A DNA stretch of 64,000 nucleotides from Nitrospinales bacterium. GTDB lineage: Bacteria > Nitrospinota > Nitrospinia > Nitrospinales > VA-1. A program made the translations under genes and the position numbers. A model generated the notes under the pieces. It searched no databases and was not told where the DNA came from. It saw only the letters and a list, made by a program, of their open reading frames with translations. Shown piece by piece: positions 41,841 to 52,023 of this stretch. The stretch is from positions 3,040,001 to 3,104,000 of the forward strand of contig CBDCWG010000012.1 of assembly GCA_965223345.1 (NCBI GenBank). The letters are read 5' to 3'. Position 1 is the first letter of the stretch, and every line of letters starts with the position of its first letter.

Positions 41841-43280
41841 ATGGCAATGGAGATGAAGCTGAACCTGAAGATGAGCCAAAAGCTCGTCATGACTCCAATG
41901 CTGCAGCAGGCCATCAAGCTGCTCCCGCTGGCCCGTCTCGAACTCGCGCAACTGGTGCATCAGGAAATCACCGAAAACCCCGTCCTGGAGGAAATCATGG
42001 AGGGGGAGGAAGCGGAAACCGAGGAAACCGCCCCCGACGAAGTCCCGGAGCCGGCAGCGGAGGAGCCGCCGCCGGCCGAGGAAACACCGCCGGAAACGGC
42101 CACCACCGAACAGGAAGTCGATTGGGAAAGCTTCATCCAGAACAACATCGACTCCGGCAGCTCGGTGGAAAGCTACACCGAACGCCCTTCCATCGAAGCG
42201 ACTTACAAGAAAGAACCCTCCCTCCACGAACACCTGCAGGGTCAACTGGATCTGGCTCTGGATTCCGATCAGGATAAATTCATCGGCCAGTGCATCATCG
42301 GCAACATCCAGAACGACGGCTACCTGTGCGCCGATCTCGCCGAAATCGCAGAAATCGCCCAGGTCACCGAAGACGAGGTGTTCCGGATCCTCAAGGTCAT
42401 CCAGGCGTTCGATCCGATCGGGGTGGGGGCGCGGTCCCTCAAGGAGTGCCTGCTGATTCAGGCGCAGGCCCTGCCGGTGCGCAACCACCTGCTGGAATCG
42501 CTGATCGACACCTACCTGGACCGGCTGGAGGAGCGCAATTACCAGAAGATCGCCTCGGAACTCAAGGTTCCGATGGAAAAGATCATCGACACGGTGAAGC
42601 TGTTGCGGGAGTTGTCGCCGAAGCCGGGTGTGGGCTTCGCCAGCGACGGGATCGACTACGTGACGCCGGACATCATCGCGGTCAAGACCGAAAACGACTA
42701 CGACATCGCGCTCAACGACGACGGCATCCCGCGCATCCGGATCAACCCCTACTACCAGAATCTGCTGACCCAGACCAACGAAGGGCAGACGAAGGAGTAC
42801 CTTGAAAACAAATACCGTTCGGCAATGTGGCTGATAAAAAGCATTGACCAGAGGCGGCAAACCATTTACAAAGTTGGGAAAAGCATCATCAAGCTGCAGA
42901 AGGAATTTCTGGACAAGGGTTTGGCGTATCTCAAGCCCATGGTGCTCAAGGATGTGGCGCGGGATATCGAAATGCACGAATCCACGGTCAGCCGCATCAC
43001 GACGAATAAATACATCGACACCCCGCAGGGCATTTTTGAGCTGAAGTTCTTTTTCCACAGCGGCATCAAGTCGTACATGGGAAACAGCCTGTCCTCGGTG
43101 CGGGTGAAAAACATGATCAAGGAGGTCGTCGCCGCAGAGGATCCGAAAAAGCCGCTGACCGACGATGAAATGGTGCAGGTATTGATGCGGAAAAACGCGA
43201 AAATCGCGCGGCGCACCATCACCAAATACCGGAAAGAATTGAATATTCCTCCAGCCAGTAAGAGAAAAAAGTTGTATTGA
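41841..43280 (+). CDS. rpoN: RNA polymerase sigma-54 factor
   Basis: LQQAIKLL, MHESTVSR, ARRTITKYR (RpoN box). Confidence 0.98.
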   Translation: MAMEMKLNLKMSQKLVMTPMLQQAIKLLPLARLELAQLVHQEITENPVLEEIMEGEEAETEETAPDEVPEPAAEEPPPAEETPPETATTEQEVDWESFIQNNIDSGSSVESYTERPSIEATYKKEPSLHEHLQGQLDLALDSDQDKFIGQCIIGNIQNDGYLCADLAEIAEIAQVTEDEVFRILKVIQAFDPIGVGARSLKECLLIQAQALPVRNHLLESLIDTYLDRLEERNYQKIASELKVPMEKIIDTVKLLRELSPKPGVGFASDGIDYVTPDIIAVKTENDYDIALNDDGIPRIRINPYYQNLLTQTNEGQTKEYLENKYRSAMWLIKSIDQRRQTIYKVGKSIIKLQKEFLDKGLAYLKPMVLKDVARDIEMHESTVSRITTNKYIDTPQGIFELKFFFHSGIKSYMGNSLSSVRVKNMIKEVVAAEDPKKPLTDDEMVQVLMRKNAKIARRTITKYRKELNIPPASKRKKLY

Positions 43281-43383
43281 ACCGGCAGTGTGGTTTGTAT
43301 GAATCTCTACTGAGTCCTCAAGCCCCGGGCGCCCCGAACCCTCTTTGTCCTGTCATCACGATCTGTAGATTTGGAGAAGAACC

Positions 43384-43713
43384 ATGAAATTGACTGTCAC
43401 CGGCCGGAAAATCGAAATCACCGAGGGGATCAAGGATCACCTGGAAAAAAAAATCGACAAAACCATGCACAACCTGGGCGAGACGGCGGACGTTCACGTG
43501 GCGCTGGCGGTTGAAAAACATCGGCACTTCGCCGAAGTGACCGTCAAAACGAAAGGGTTCACGGTGCACAGCCAGGAAGAGACCGACGACCTGTACACCG
43601 CGATGGACACGGCGCTCGACAAAATCGAAAAGCAGCTGCGCAAGCACAAATCCCGAGCGAAAGACCTGAGAATCAAACAGGGCGCCGCCGAGAAGAACCG
43701 ACTTCAGGAATAA
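43384..43713 (+). CDS. hpf: Ribosome hibernation promoting factor (short HPF/RaiA)
   Basis: DLYTAMD...KIEKQLRKHK; follows rpoN. Confidence 0.93.
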   Translation: MKLTVTGRKIEITEGIKDHLEKKIDKTMHNLGETADVHVALAVEKHRHFAEVTVKTKGFTVHSQEETDDLYTAMDTALDKIEKQLRKHKSRAKDLRIKQGAAEKNRLQE

Positions 43714-43739
43714 TCCCCCTTTCGACCGCCCCCCGCCTC

Positions 43740-44204
43740 ATGAAACTGACAGATATTCTGAAAAAGGAATTCATCATCGCCGACCTCAAGGGTAAGGACA
43801 AAACGAGCGTCCTCGACGAGTTGACCGGCTTTCTCAAAGACCACCAGGCCATCGGGGACAAGGACGCCCTGCAATCGGCGCTCATCGACCGGGAAAAACT
43901 GGGGAGCACGGGCATCGGCGAGAACGTCGCCATCCCGCATGCGAAGTCGGGAGAGGTCGATCAGATTCTCACCCTGTTCGGGCGTTCCGTGGAGGGGATC
44001 GATTTCGACTCGCTGGACAAAAAACCGGTGCATTTCGTCTGCCTGGTCATCGCGCCGACGCAGTCCACGGGGCATCATTTGAAAGCGCTGGCGCGGATTT
44101 CCCGCCTGCTGAAGGTGGAAAGCCTGCGCAGCGACATTTTACAGGCTGAAAACGCAGAACGGATTTATTCCGTTCTGGTAGAGGAAGATTCCAAGTTCAT
44201 CTGA
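43740..44204 (+). CDS. ptsN: PTS EIIA(Ntr)-like protein
   Basis: REKLGSTGIG, AIPHA, FDSLD, HLKALARISR. Confidence 0.93.
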   Translation: MKLTDILKKEFIIADLKGKDKTSVLDELTGFLKDHQAIGDKDALQSALIDREKLGSTGIGENVAIPHAKSGEVDQILTLFGRSVEGIDFDSLDKKPVHFVCLVIAPTQSTGHHLKALARISRLLKVESLRSDILQAENAERIYSVLVEEDSKFI

Positions 44205-44244
44205 GACCGGCAGGGGAAACCGCCGGCCGGGCTTTCCCGCTTCG

Positions 44245-46071
44245 TTGCGCCGGGTCTCAAGCTTCGCCCATTCAGGAGAACGCGTGTTAGAAGGAATTCC
44301 ATTAGCAAAAGGCGTGGCCATCGGCAAAGCCTACCTGCTGGACCGCACCAAGTTCTGCATCCTGAAACGCAAGCTTGCGGAGGAGGAAGTCGAGGGCGAG
44401 ATCCGCAGGTTCCGCGACGCGATCGAAATGGCCAAGCAGCAGATGCAGGAGATCAAGAAGCGTGCCAGCAAGGTCGCGGACAAGTACGCGGTCATCCTCG
44501 ACACCTACACCCTGCTGCTGGAAGACGAGATCCTGGTGCGCGACACGATCGAAAACATCCGCCGGGAACGGTTGAACGCGGAATGGGCGCTGAGCGAGAC
44601 GCACCAGAAATTCACCCACCTGTTCAACAACATCAACGACGACTACTTAAAGGGCAAGAAAGACGACCTGGATCTCGTGGTGCAGGGGGTGATCCGCAAC
44701 CTCATCGGCCACAGCCAGGAATCGCTTTCGGACATCGAGGAACCGGTCATCCTGGTCTCGCACGCGCTGAGCCCGTCGGACACCATCGCCATGCCCAAGA
44801 ATTTCGTGCTCGGCATGGCCACGGAGGTGGGCGGCAAAACCTCTCACGTGGCCATCTTCGCCTCGGCGCTGGGCATTCCCGCGGTCGGCGGCATCCGCGA
44901 ACTCACCTCCAAGATCAACACCGGTGATACGATCATCATCGACGGCATCGAAGGCCGGGTGATTTTGAGCCCGTCCGAGAAGCAGCTCGCGCATTACCGG
45001 AAAAAGCAGAAGAACTACCATCAGTACGAACAGAAACTGCTGGAAAACATCCACAAACCGGCCAGGACGCTGGACGGCGAGGAAATCAAGCTGCTCGCCA
45101 ACATCGAATCGCCGCACGAGATCAAATCGCTGCGCAAATACGGCGCCGAAGGGATCGGCCTGTACCGGACGGAGTTTCTGTATCTGCTGCCGCAGGCGCT
45201 GCCCTCGGAAAACGATCTGTACGAGACCTTCAAAAAGGTCGCGCAGGGCATGGACCCGATGCCGGTGGTCATCCGCACACTCGACATCGGCATGGACAAA
45301 AACCTCGCGGACCTGGAACGCGACGATGAAAACAACCCGGCGCTGGGAATGCGCGGCATCCGCCTGTCCCTGCACTCGCCGGAGATTTTCATGATCCAGT
45401 TGAAAGCCATCCTGCGGGCGAGCCTGTACGGCAACGTCCGCATCCTGTATCCGATGATCTCCTCGACGGAAGAGATCGTGCAGGCCAACAGGCTGCTGGA
45501 AAAAGCGAAAGAGGATCTCAGGAAGCAGCAGATCCCCTTCCACGAGGACATCGAAGTGGGTGCCATGGTCGAAACGCCGGCGGCGGCGCTGTGCGTCGAG
45601 CATCTGCTTAAGGAGGTCGATTTCATCAGCATCGGCACCAACGACCTGATCCAGTATCTGCTGGCGGTGGACCGCACCAATGAAAACCTGGCGCACCTGT
45701 ATCAACCGCTGCATCCCTCTGTGCTCAAGACGCTGCAGGCGGTGCTGCGCGCCACCCGGGATTCGGGCAAGGAGGTTTCCATCTGCGGCGAGCTGGGAGG
45801 CGACCCGATGGCCACGATGCTGCTTCTGGGCCTGGGGCATCTCGACGAGCTGAGCATGGAACCGCACGCCATCCCGAAAGTGAAGAAAGTGATCCGCAGG
45901 ATCACGCTGGACGACGCCCGCAAAATGGCGGACCACGTGCTGGGCCTGTCCTCGCTGGAGGACATCAACCGGTACGTCAACGAAGAAATGCGATCGCGTT
46001 TTCCTTCCGATTTCGACCGCGACACGGACTTCGAAGAAAAACTGATTCCCACGCACAAAAACCCGATGTGA
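44245..46071 (+). CDS. ptsI: PEP-protein phosphotransferase (PTS enzyme I); start uncertain
   Basis: GGKTSHVAI, GIGLYRTEF, RTLDIG, NPALGMRGIR, SIGTNDLIQY, ICGE. Confidence 0.96.
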   Translation: MRRVSSFAHSGERVLEGIPLAKGVAIGKAYLLDRTKFCILKRKLAEEEVEGEIRRFRDAIEMAKQQMQEIKKRASKVADKYAVILDTYTLLLEDEILVRDTIENIRRERLNAEWALSETHQKFTHLFNNINDDYLKGKKDDLDLVVQGVIRNLIGHSQESLSDIEEPVILVSHALSPSDTIAMPKNFVLGMATEVGGKTSHVAIFASALGIPAVGGIRELTSKINTGDTIIIDGIEGRVILSPSEKQLAHYRKKQKNYHQYEQKLLENIHKPARTLDGEEIKLLANIESPHEIKSLRKYGAEGIGLYRTEFLYLLPQALPSENDLYETFKKVAQGMDPMPVVIRTLDIGMDKNLADLERDDENNPALGMRGIRLSLHSPEIFMIQLKAILRASLYGNVRILYPMISSTEEIVQANRLLEKAKEDLRKQQIPFHEDIEVGAMVETPAAALCVEHLLKEVDFISIGTNDLIQYLLAVDRTNENLAHLYQPLHPSVLKTLQAVLRATRDSGKEVSICGELGGDPMATMLLLGLGHLDELSMEPHAIPKVKKVIRRITLDDARKMADHVLGLSSLEDINRYVNEEMRSRFPSDFDRDTDFEEKLIPTHKNPM

Positions 46072-46226
46072 GTTTCGATGACGCCGACCGGAGCTTATGC
46101 CGCGCATCCTTTCGCTCCGGCCGGAAGTCCGCATCTGGTTTCACCGTATTGTCCATTCAGCCAACTTGAAAACGTGCACTCAAACTGCATGAAGATTCGA
46201 CCTTCAACCACGGGGGACCCCATTCT

Positions 46227-47390
46227 ATGAATCAAGGAAAATTCATTTTCACTTCGGAATCCGTCGGGGAGGGACATCCCGACAAAATCGCCGACCAGGT
46301 TTCCGACGGCATTCTCGACGCCATACTGGAAAAAGATCCCAAAGCCCGGGTGGCGTGCGAAACGATGATCACCACGGGTTTTGCGGTGGTGGGCGGCGAG
46401 ATCTCCGCCGACTGCTACATCGAAATTCCCCGGGTGGTGCGCAAGACCATCAAGGACATCGGCTACTCGCACTCGGAGATGGGCTTCGATTTTGAAACCT
46501 GCGGCGTCCTCGTGGCGCTGGACGAACAGTCCGCGGACATCGCGCGCGGTGTGGACGATTCGGATAAAAAGGAACAGGGTGCGGGCGACCAGGGCCTGAT
46601 GTTCGGCTACGCGTCCAATGAAACCAAGGAAGTGATGCCCATGCCGATCATGTACGCGCACAAGCTGGTGCGGCGGCTGGCGGAGCTGAGAAAAAAGGGC
46701 ACCCTGCCCTACCTGCGGCCGGACAGCAAGTCCCAGGTTTCCATTCAGTATGAAAACCAGAAACCGGTCTGCGTGGACACGGTGGTCATCTCCACCCAGC
46801 ACGACGCGAATGTGAAGAACAAGCAGCTTCGGGGCGAGATCACCGAACAGGTGATCAACAAGGTGATCCCGGAAAAACTGCGCGCCAAGAAGATGAAGGT
46901 CCACATCAACCCCACCGGGCGTTTCGTGGTGGGCGGCCCGAACGGGGACTGCGGCCTGACGGGACGCAAGATCATCGTGGACACCTACGGCGGCTTTTCC
47001 CGCCACGGCGGCGGCGCGTTTTCCGGCAAGGACCCCTCCAAGGTGGACCGGTCCGCCGCATACATGGCGCGCTACATCGCCAAGAACCTGGTGACCGCAA
47101 AGATCGCCGACCGCTGCGAGGTGCAGCTCGCCTATGCCATCGGCGTTGCGGACCCGGTTTCGGTGTTCGTCGAAACGTTCGAAACCTGCAAGGTCAACCC
47201 GGACATCCTGGAGGACCTTGTACGCTCCCACTTCGACCTGAAACCGGCGGGGATCATCAAATCGCTGGACCTTTTGAAACCGCGCTACAGCAACACCGCG
47301 GCATACGGGCATTTCGGCCGCACCGAAAAGGAATTCACCTGGGAGAAAACCGACAAGGCGGCGGCGCTCAAAAAAGACGCGGGCTTGTGA
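46227..47390 (+). CDS. metK: S-adenosylmethionine synthetase
   Basis: [26 protein letters not shown]. Confidence 0.99.
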   Translation: MNQGKFIFTSESVGEGHPDKIADQVSDGILDAILEKDPKARVACETMITTGFAVVGGEISADCYIEIPRVVRKTIKDIGYSHSEMGFDFETCGVLVALDEQSADIARGVDDSDKKEQGAGDQGLMFGYASNETKEVMPMPIMYAHKLVRRLAELRKKGTLPYLRPDSKSQVSIQYENQKPVCVDTVVISTQHDANVKNKQLRGEITEQVINKVIPEKLRAKKMKVHINPTGRFVVGGPNGDCGLTGRKIIVDTYGGFSRHGGGAFSGKDPSKVDRSAAYMARYIAKNLVTAKIADRCEVQLAYAIGVADPVSVFVETFETCKVNPDILEDLVRSHFDLKPAGIIKSLDLLKPRYSNTAAYGHFGRTEKEFTWEKTDKAAALKKDAGL

Positions 47391-47438
47391 TCTCAGATTT
47401 TCAGGGGATGGTTGGACAGCGGGAAGGGAGCGTGCGGC

Positions 47439-47825
47439 TCAGCAGCCGACGGTGTTCATGACTTTCTTGATGCGGGCGTCCAGTTCCTCGGGCTCGATCG
47501 GCTTGACCATGTACTGATCGATGCCCAGCTTCATGGCTTTCATGACCTGCTCTTTCTCGGTCTCGACGGTGAGGAGCACAAACGGGATCTTTCGCAGGAT
47601 GGCGCCGTTTTTGATGGCCTTGAAAAACTCCAGGCCGTCCATCTGCGGCATGTGCCAGTCGGAAATGACCAGATCGATCTCCTGGTTGTTGATGATCGCA
47701 AGCGCCTTGCTGGCGGCGTCCGTCACGGTCACGTCCATATATCCGAGCTTCTTCAGGGTGCGTTTGAGGAGCAGGCGCGTGCCGGCCTCGTCCTCCACGA
47801 CCAGGATTTTGATGTGCTGGTTCAT
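47439..47825 (-). CDS. CheY-like single-domain response regulator
   Basis: VVEDE, SDWHMP, KP motifs. Confidence 0.9.
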   Translation of the reverse strand: MNQHIKILVVEDEAGTRLLLKRTLKKLGYMDVTVTDAASKALAIINNQEIDLVISDWHMPQMDGLEFFKAIKNGAILRKIPFVLLTVETEKEQVMKAMKLGIDQYMVKPIEPEELDARIKKVMNTVGC

Positions 47826-48006
47826 GCTTTCCTCCCCATTCCGACAGGATGGGCCGACTGCAGCCCACCTATGAAGAATATCCCATAACTTATTGAAAAA
47901 CAATAAGTATTTTAATTATCCCCATCCCGGATCGGGGCGATTTGAAAGGCCCTGTAAAACCGGATTTTGACGGCCGGACGATTCGGCCCTTTTCAGGCAG
48001 GCAACC

Positions 48007-49038
48007 ATGATCCGAGTCGGCGTCATCGGAGCGGGGGAAAACACCCGCAAACGGCACCTCCCCAACCTAAAGGCGATTTCCGGCGTTCAAATCGTGGAAG
48101 TGGCCAACCGCTCCCTGGAATCCTCGCAAAAGGCCGCAGAGGCCTTTGACATCCCGCACGTACGCGGCAGCTGGCAGGAAGTGGCGGCTTCGCCGGACAA
48201 CGACGCCGTGCTGATCGGCACCTGGCCCTACCTGCACTGCCCGGCCGCCTGCCTGGCGCTGAAATCGGGCAAGCACGTGCTCTGCGAAGCGCGCATGGCG
48301 ATGGACGCGGAAGAGGCCCGGACCATGCTGGACACGGCGCAGCGCTACCCGGACCGGGTGGCGCAGCTGGTCCCGGCGCCGTTCACGTTCGGGCTGGACG
48401 CCACGATCAAGGATCACATCGAATCGCGGGCGCTCGGGCGTCTGTTGTACTTCCAGGCGGAGTACCAGTCCGCCTCGCTCGCCTCCCCCACCAGCGCGCT
48501 GCACTGGCGGCGCAACAAGAACTTTTCCGGCCTCAACGTCATGGTCCTCGGCATCGTGTACGAATCGCTGCTGCGCTGGCTGCCGCCGGCGCGCTGGGTG
48601 ACCAGCCACGCGCACGTGTTCAACGACACGGCCATCGACCCGGTGACGGCGGGCCGCGCCGAAGTGGAGGTGCCCGACTACCTGTCGGTGCAGATGCAGC
48701 TGGAGAACGGCATGCTGGGATCGATGCTGATCAGCGAAGCCGGGCAGTTCGGCGGCACGCCGAAAGTGCGCATCTTCGGCGAGCGCGGCACGCTGGAGCT
48801 GGAATTCACACCCGGCGGCCGCCTGTGGTTCGGCACGCGCGAGTCCGGGGAGATGCAAGAGGTGGAGATCCCCAAGGAAAAGCAAGGAGTGTGGCGGGTC
48901 GAGGAAGAGTTCATCGGCGCGATCCGCGGCGAAGAGGAAATCAAGCTCACCACCTTCGAGACCGGCGTGCAGTACATGCAGTTCACGCAGGCCGTGCACG
49001 ACAGCTGGCAGAGCGGTGGTAATAGGGTGACGGTGTAG
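48007..49038 (+). CDS. Gfo/Idh/MocA family oxidoreductase
   Basis: VGVIGAG, GKHVLCEARMA. Confidence 0.9.
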   Translation: MIRVGVIGAGENTRKRHLPNLKAISGVQIVEVANRSLESSQKAAEAFDIPHVRGSWQEVAASPDNDAVLIGTWPYLHCPAACLALKSGKHVLCEARMAMDAEEARTMLDTAQRYPDRVAQLVPAPFTFGLDATIKDHIESRALGRLLYFQAEYQSASLASPTSALHWRRNKNFSGLNVMVLGIVYESLLRWLPPARWVTSHAHVFNDTAIDPVTAGRAEVEVPDYLSVQMQLENGMLGSMLISEAGQFGGTPKVRIFGERGTLELEFTPGGRLWFGTRESGEMQEVEIPKEKQGVWRVEEEFIGAIRGEEEIKLTTFETGVQYMQFTQAVHDSWQSGGNRVTV

Positions 49039-49124
49039 CTGAGAAAAAGATCAGACAGGATGACAGGATAAAAGTGAAAAGATGGCTGCTATAAAAGCAA
49101 AGATGAGATGAGTAACAGGCAGAA

Positions 49125-49175
49125 TGTCACCCTGAGCCCTTCGGCAAGCTCAGGGCAGGCGCTGTCGAAGGGTGA
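49125..49175. repeat. REP-like palindromic repeat, long form, copy 1
   Basis: 49/51 identical to 50294-50344. Confidence 0.85.
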
Positions 49176-49246
49176 ACCTGTCACAGCACAACGGATGATG
49201 CTGCCCTCGCCCCTTACGCCCCCAATACTTCGCCCTCACTAGATTC

Positions 49247-49975
49247 ATGAAAATCAGAAACCTGCATTCGTGGGAGGTGACCGGAGCAGAGGCGCGCGAG
49301 CTGCAAACCAAGCTCGCGCCGCAAGTGCTGGTGAGCGGCGGCAAAAAAATACCTAAGATCGTCGCCGGCTGCGACATCGGCCTCACCAAAACCACCGCCT
49401 ACGCCGGCGTCGTCCTGCTGGCGTTTCCCGAGCTGGAAGTGATCGACACCTTCACGCTCTCAGGTCCCATCACCTTCCCCTACATCCCCGGTCTCTTGTC
49501 GTTTCGCGAAGCACCGCTGCTGCTGGAGCTGTTCCGCACCGTGACACCGGATCCGGACCTGATCTTTTTCGACGGCCAGGGCATCGCGCATCCCAGGCGG
49601 TTCGGCCTCGCCTGCCACATGGGGCTGTTTCTCGACGCGCCGACGATCGGCTGCGCCAAGAGCCGCCTCACCGGAGAACACGACGAACCGGGTTCCACAC
49701 GCGGCGATCACGCATCGTTGCGGGATCAGAAAGGCGACGTGCTGGGTGCGGCTCTGCGCACGAAAGACAACTGCAAACCCGTATACGTCTCGGTCGGGCA
49801 CCGGATCGATCTCGACACGGCCATCGAACGCACCCTGCAATGCGGCAAGGGCTACCGCATCCCCGAACCCACCCGCCTGGCACACAACCTCGTCACAGCG
49901 CTGAGGAAAGAGGCTCAGAGAAAAGGAGAAATAAATGAAGGTCAGAATCGGGAGAAAAGATCTGGCGGTTTATGA
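49247..49975 (+). CDS. nfi: Endonuclease V
   Basis: FPYIPGLLSFRE, DGQGIAHPRRFG, IGCAKS, YVSVGH, RIPEPTRLAH. Confidence 0.97.
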   Translation: MKIRNLHSWEVTGAEARELQTKLAPQVLVSGGKKIPKIVAGCDIGLTKTTAYAGVVLLAFPELEVIDTFTLSGPITFPYIPGLLSFREAPLLLELFRTVTPDPDLIFFDGQGIAHPRRFGLACHMGLFLDAPTIGCAKSRLTGEHDEPGSTRGDHASLRDQKGDVLGAALRTKDNCKPVYVSVGHRIDLDTAIERTLQCGKGYRIPEPTRLAHNLVTALRKEAQRKGEINEGQNREKRSGGL

Positions 49976-50285
49976 AGTGGTGAAACGTTTTGAACTGGAT
50001 TTACTGGAATTCGCAGATGAAGCGACACCCGCGATTGCATTTGTGATCGAGATCCTAAAAAGCACTGAAGACAATGGAAAATTTTCCGCAAAAGTTTATC
50101 GGCGGGATTCCTATTCCATTTCTCCGAGCAATTATTCAGAGAGAAAGGTCATGCAATATAGCGATGAAGTTTTGACGGTCGAAGATAACTCCTGGCACGG
50201 TTTAACGGCTGACAGCTCAGACGCAATGCTGCAGAAGGTTTTGGATACGATTGAAAACCAATTGGGTGGGGATGGAACACAATGA
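49935..50285 (+). CDS. Hypothetical protein
   Basis: AAGGAG RBS; overlaps the end of nfi; lower GC. Confidence 0.7.
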   Translation: MKVRIGRKDLAVYEVVKRFELDLLEFADEATPAIAFVIEILKSTEDNGKFSAKVYRRDSYSISPSNYSERKVMQYSDEVLTVEDNSWHGLTADSSDAMLQKVLDTIENQLGGDGTQ

Positions 50286-50293
50286 AGTAGAAT

Positions 50294-50390
50294 TGTCACC
50301 CTGAGCCCTTCGGCAAACTCAGGACAGGCGCTGTCGAAGGGTGACCTTTTTAAATAATGGCGCTCATGCTTCGACAAGCTCAGCATGACA
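50294..50390. repeat. REP-like repeat copy 2 plus inverted short partner
   Basis: Long form 50294-50344; TCATGCTTCGACAAGCTCAGCATGACA at 50364-50390. Confidence 0.85.
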
Positions 50391-50566
50391 GAGGTTGATA
50401 TTCACAGCCTCTCATCCCAACCTTCTCCCCATAGGGGAGAAGGGGTTTCTTCCTCTCCCCCTGAAGGGGCTTTGCGTTCTTTGCGCCTTCGAGGTGAAAT
50501 TTTTCTATCTCTTATTTTATCTCTCCGCCTTTCTTTGCGCCTTCGCGACTTTGCGTGAGGCCGCTT

Positions 50567-51322
50567 TCATTTATTTTTCAACTTTCGAGCAACCACCAGC
50601 CAGCCCGAACGGGCGTAGGTGGGTTCCACGCTCTCGACGGTGAAGCCTGCAGATTCGACTTCCTCTTGGATCTCCTGTTCGCTGTAACCGTGCATCGCAT
50701 CCTGCCGGATCTGGCGCTCGATGTATTTGAGCCCCAGGTGGTGGGTGAAGGGATGGATGACGTATTTCGCGATGCGGGCGGCGCGGCGGTTCTGTGATTC
50801 TTGCAGCATGCGGACGCTTTCTGCGAGAATGGTGCGGGAGCTGTATTCCTGCGACGGGTTGGCGAAGATGAGCGTGCCGCCGGGTTTGAGGACGCGGTGC
50901 AGGATTTCCAGCGCCTGTCTGCGTTTTTCACCGCCGCCGGGGATGGCGTAGACGGAAAAATGCGCCACCACCGCATCCACCGAATCGTCGCGCAGGGGCA
51001 AGGGACGGGTCAGGTCCGCAGGGACGGCGAGGACGTGGCTGGAGATACCCCATTCCGCGGCTTTGGCGCACACGCCGGTCAGGCCCTCGGGCAGGCGGTC
51101 CACACCGATCAGGCGCAGTCCCGCCTGCAATCGGTCCTTGAGGGCGGTCAGCAATTGGCCGGAGCCGCAGCCCGCATCGAGGACGATGAGCTTGTCGCCT
51201 GCGGGGATCTTTGCGGCGCAGGCGCGGATGGAGGCGCGGTACGCCTCGGGCGTCAGCAGGTCGTACAGCTTCGATCTGAAGCCGATTTTCCAGTAATTGC
51301 GTGCGTAAATTCCCGGTTTCAT
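50567..51322 (-). CDS. Class I SAM-dependent methyltransferase
   Basis: VLDAGCGSG, RVLKPGG. Confidence 0.92.
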   Translation of the reverse strand: MKPGIYARNYWKIGFRSKLYDLLTPEAYRASIRACAAKIPAGDKLIVLDAGCGSGQLLTALKDRLQAGLRLIGVDRLPEGLTGVCAKAAEWGISSHVLAVPADLTRPLPLRDDSVDAVVAHFSVYAIPGGGEKRRQALEILHRVLKPGGTLIFANPSQEYSSRTILAESVRMLQESQNRRAARIAKYVIHPFTHHLGLKYIERQIRQDAMHGYSEQEIQEEVESAGFTVESVEPTYARSGWLVVARKLKNK

Positions 51323-51353
51323 GGTGCCCGTTTCTTCTCCCCCCTCATCCCAA

Positions 51354-51380
51354 TCACCCTTCGACGGGCTCAGGGTGACA
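51354..51380. repeat. REP-like repeat, short form (inverted)
   Basis: Reverse complement TGTCACCCTGAGCCCGTCGAAGGGTGA. Confidence 0.8.
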
Positions 51381-51539
51381 GCTTTCTGTGGGTATTTCTT
51401 CGCCTGGAAGACTCGCCGTCTGTCTTCCCATATCCCCCATCTTCCGCATGCAGATTTCGGTTTCTGGCATCTTGTCTGCCGGGGCCCGAGTGCCTATAAT
51501 ATTTTCGACGATTCAGAAACGCATCGGGAGAACGGATTC

Positions 51540-51977
51540 ATGGCCAAAAAGCCCTTCATCAATAAATACGGCTTTGTGGAATACCCTTTTTTACACGATC
51601 AGCGCAAGGGAAAAAACTGGTGGTTCTTCAATCTGCTGGAGGATTACCTGAAACGCCGCGCCCGCCAGAAGCACGGCCACGACTATACGCGGGAACAGAT
51701 GGACGAGGACATGTTCAGTTTCCTGCACGAGACCAATCTCAAGATTTTCGTGCTGCTTCCCTCAGGGATGGGCATGGAGTTCAAGCTGGTGGGCAAATTC
51801 ACGACGCCGGAGATGATCGAGGTGGAGGACCCGGTGCCGGTGATCGAGGAAAAATACGGCGGCGGCAAGTTCAAGGTCAATATCTACCACAACGGCACCT
51901 TTGCCGGCACGGAAAACTACAAGACGCACGGCGATCCCAAATGGGTGGAAATCGAGGACGACAACCCGACGGGGTGA
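51540..51977 (+). CDS. Hypothetical protein
   Basis: Host-like codon use from MAKKPF; TATAAT about 40 bp upstream. Confidence 0.8.
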   Translation: MAKKPFINKYGFVEYPFLHDQRKGKNWWFFNLLEDYLKRRARQKHGHDYTREQMDEDMFSFLHETNLKIFVLLPSGMGMEFKLVGKFTTPEMIEVEDPVPVIEEKYGGGKFKVNIYHNGTFAGTENYKTHGDPKWVEIEDDNPTG

Positions 51978-52023
51978 CCCCGCCCGCCTGGGCATGACCG
52001 CAATCAACGCAGTTCGTACGGTC

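Noticed and set aside
46072..46226. SAM riboswitch upstream of metK
   Set aside because: No recognisable SAM-I/II/V consensus
44647..47312. Long minus-strand ORFs opposite ptsI and metK (similar ones opposite lptD, rpoN, dnaJ, UGPase)
   Set aside because: Shadow ORFs fully overlapping confidently identified genes
49125..51380. Possible CRISPR array
   Set aside because: Repeats are about 1 kb apart, in mixed orientation, with genes between them and no cas genes
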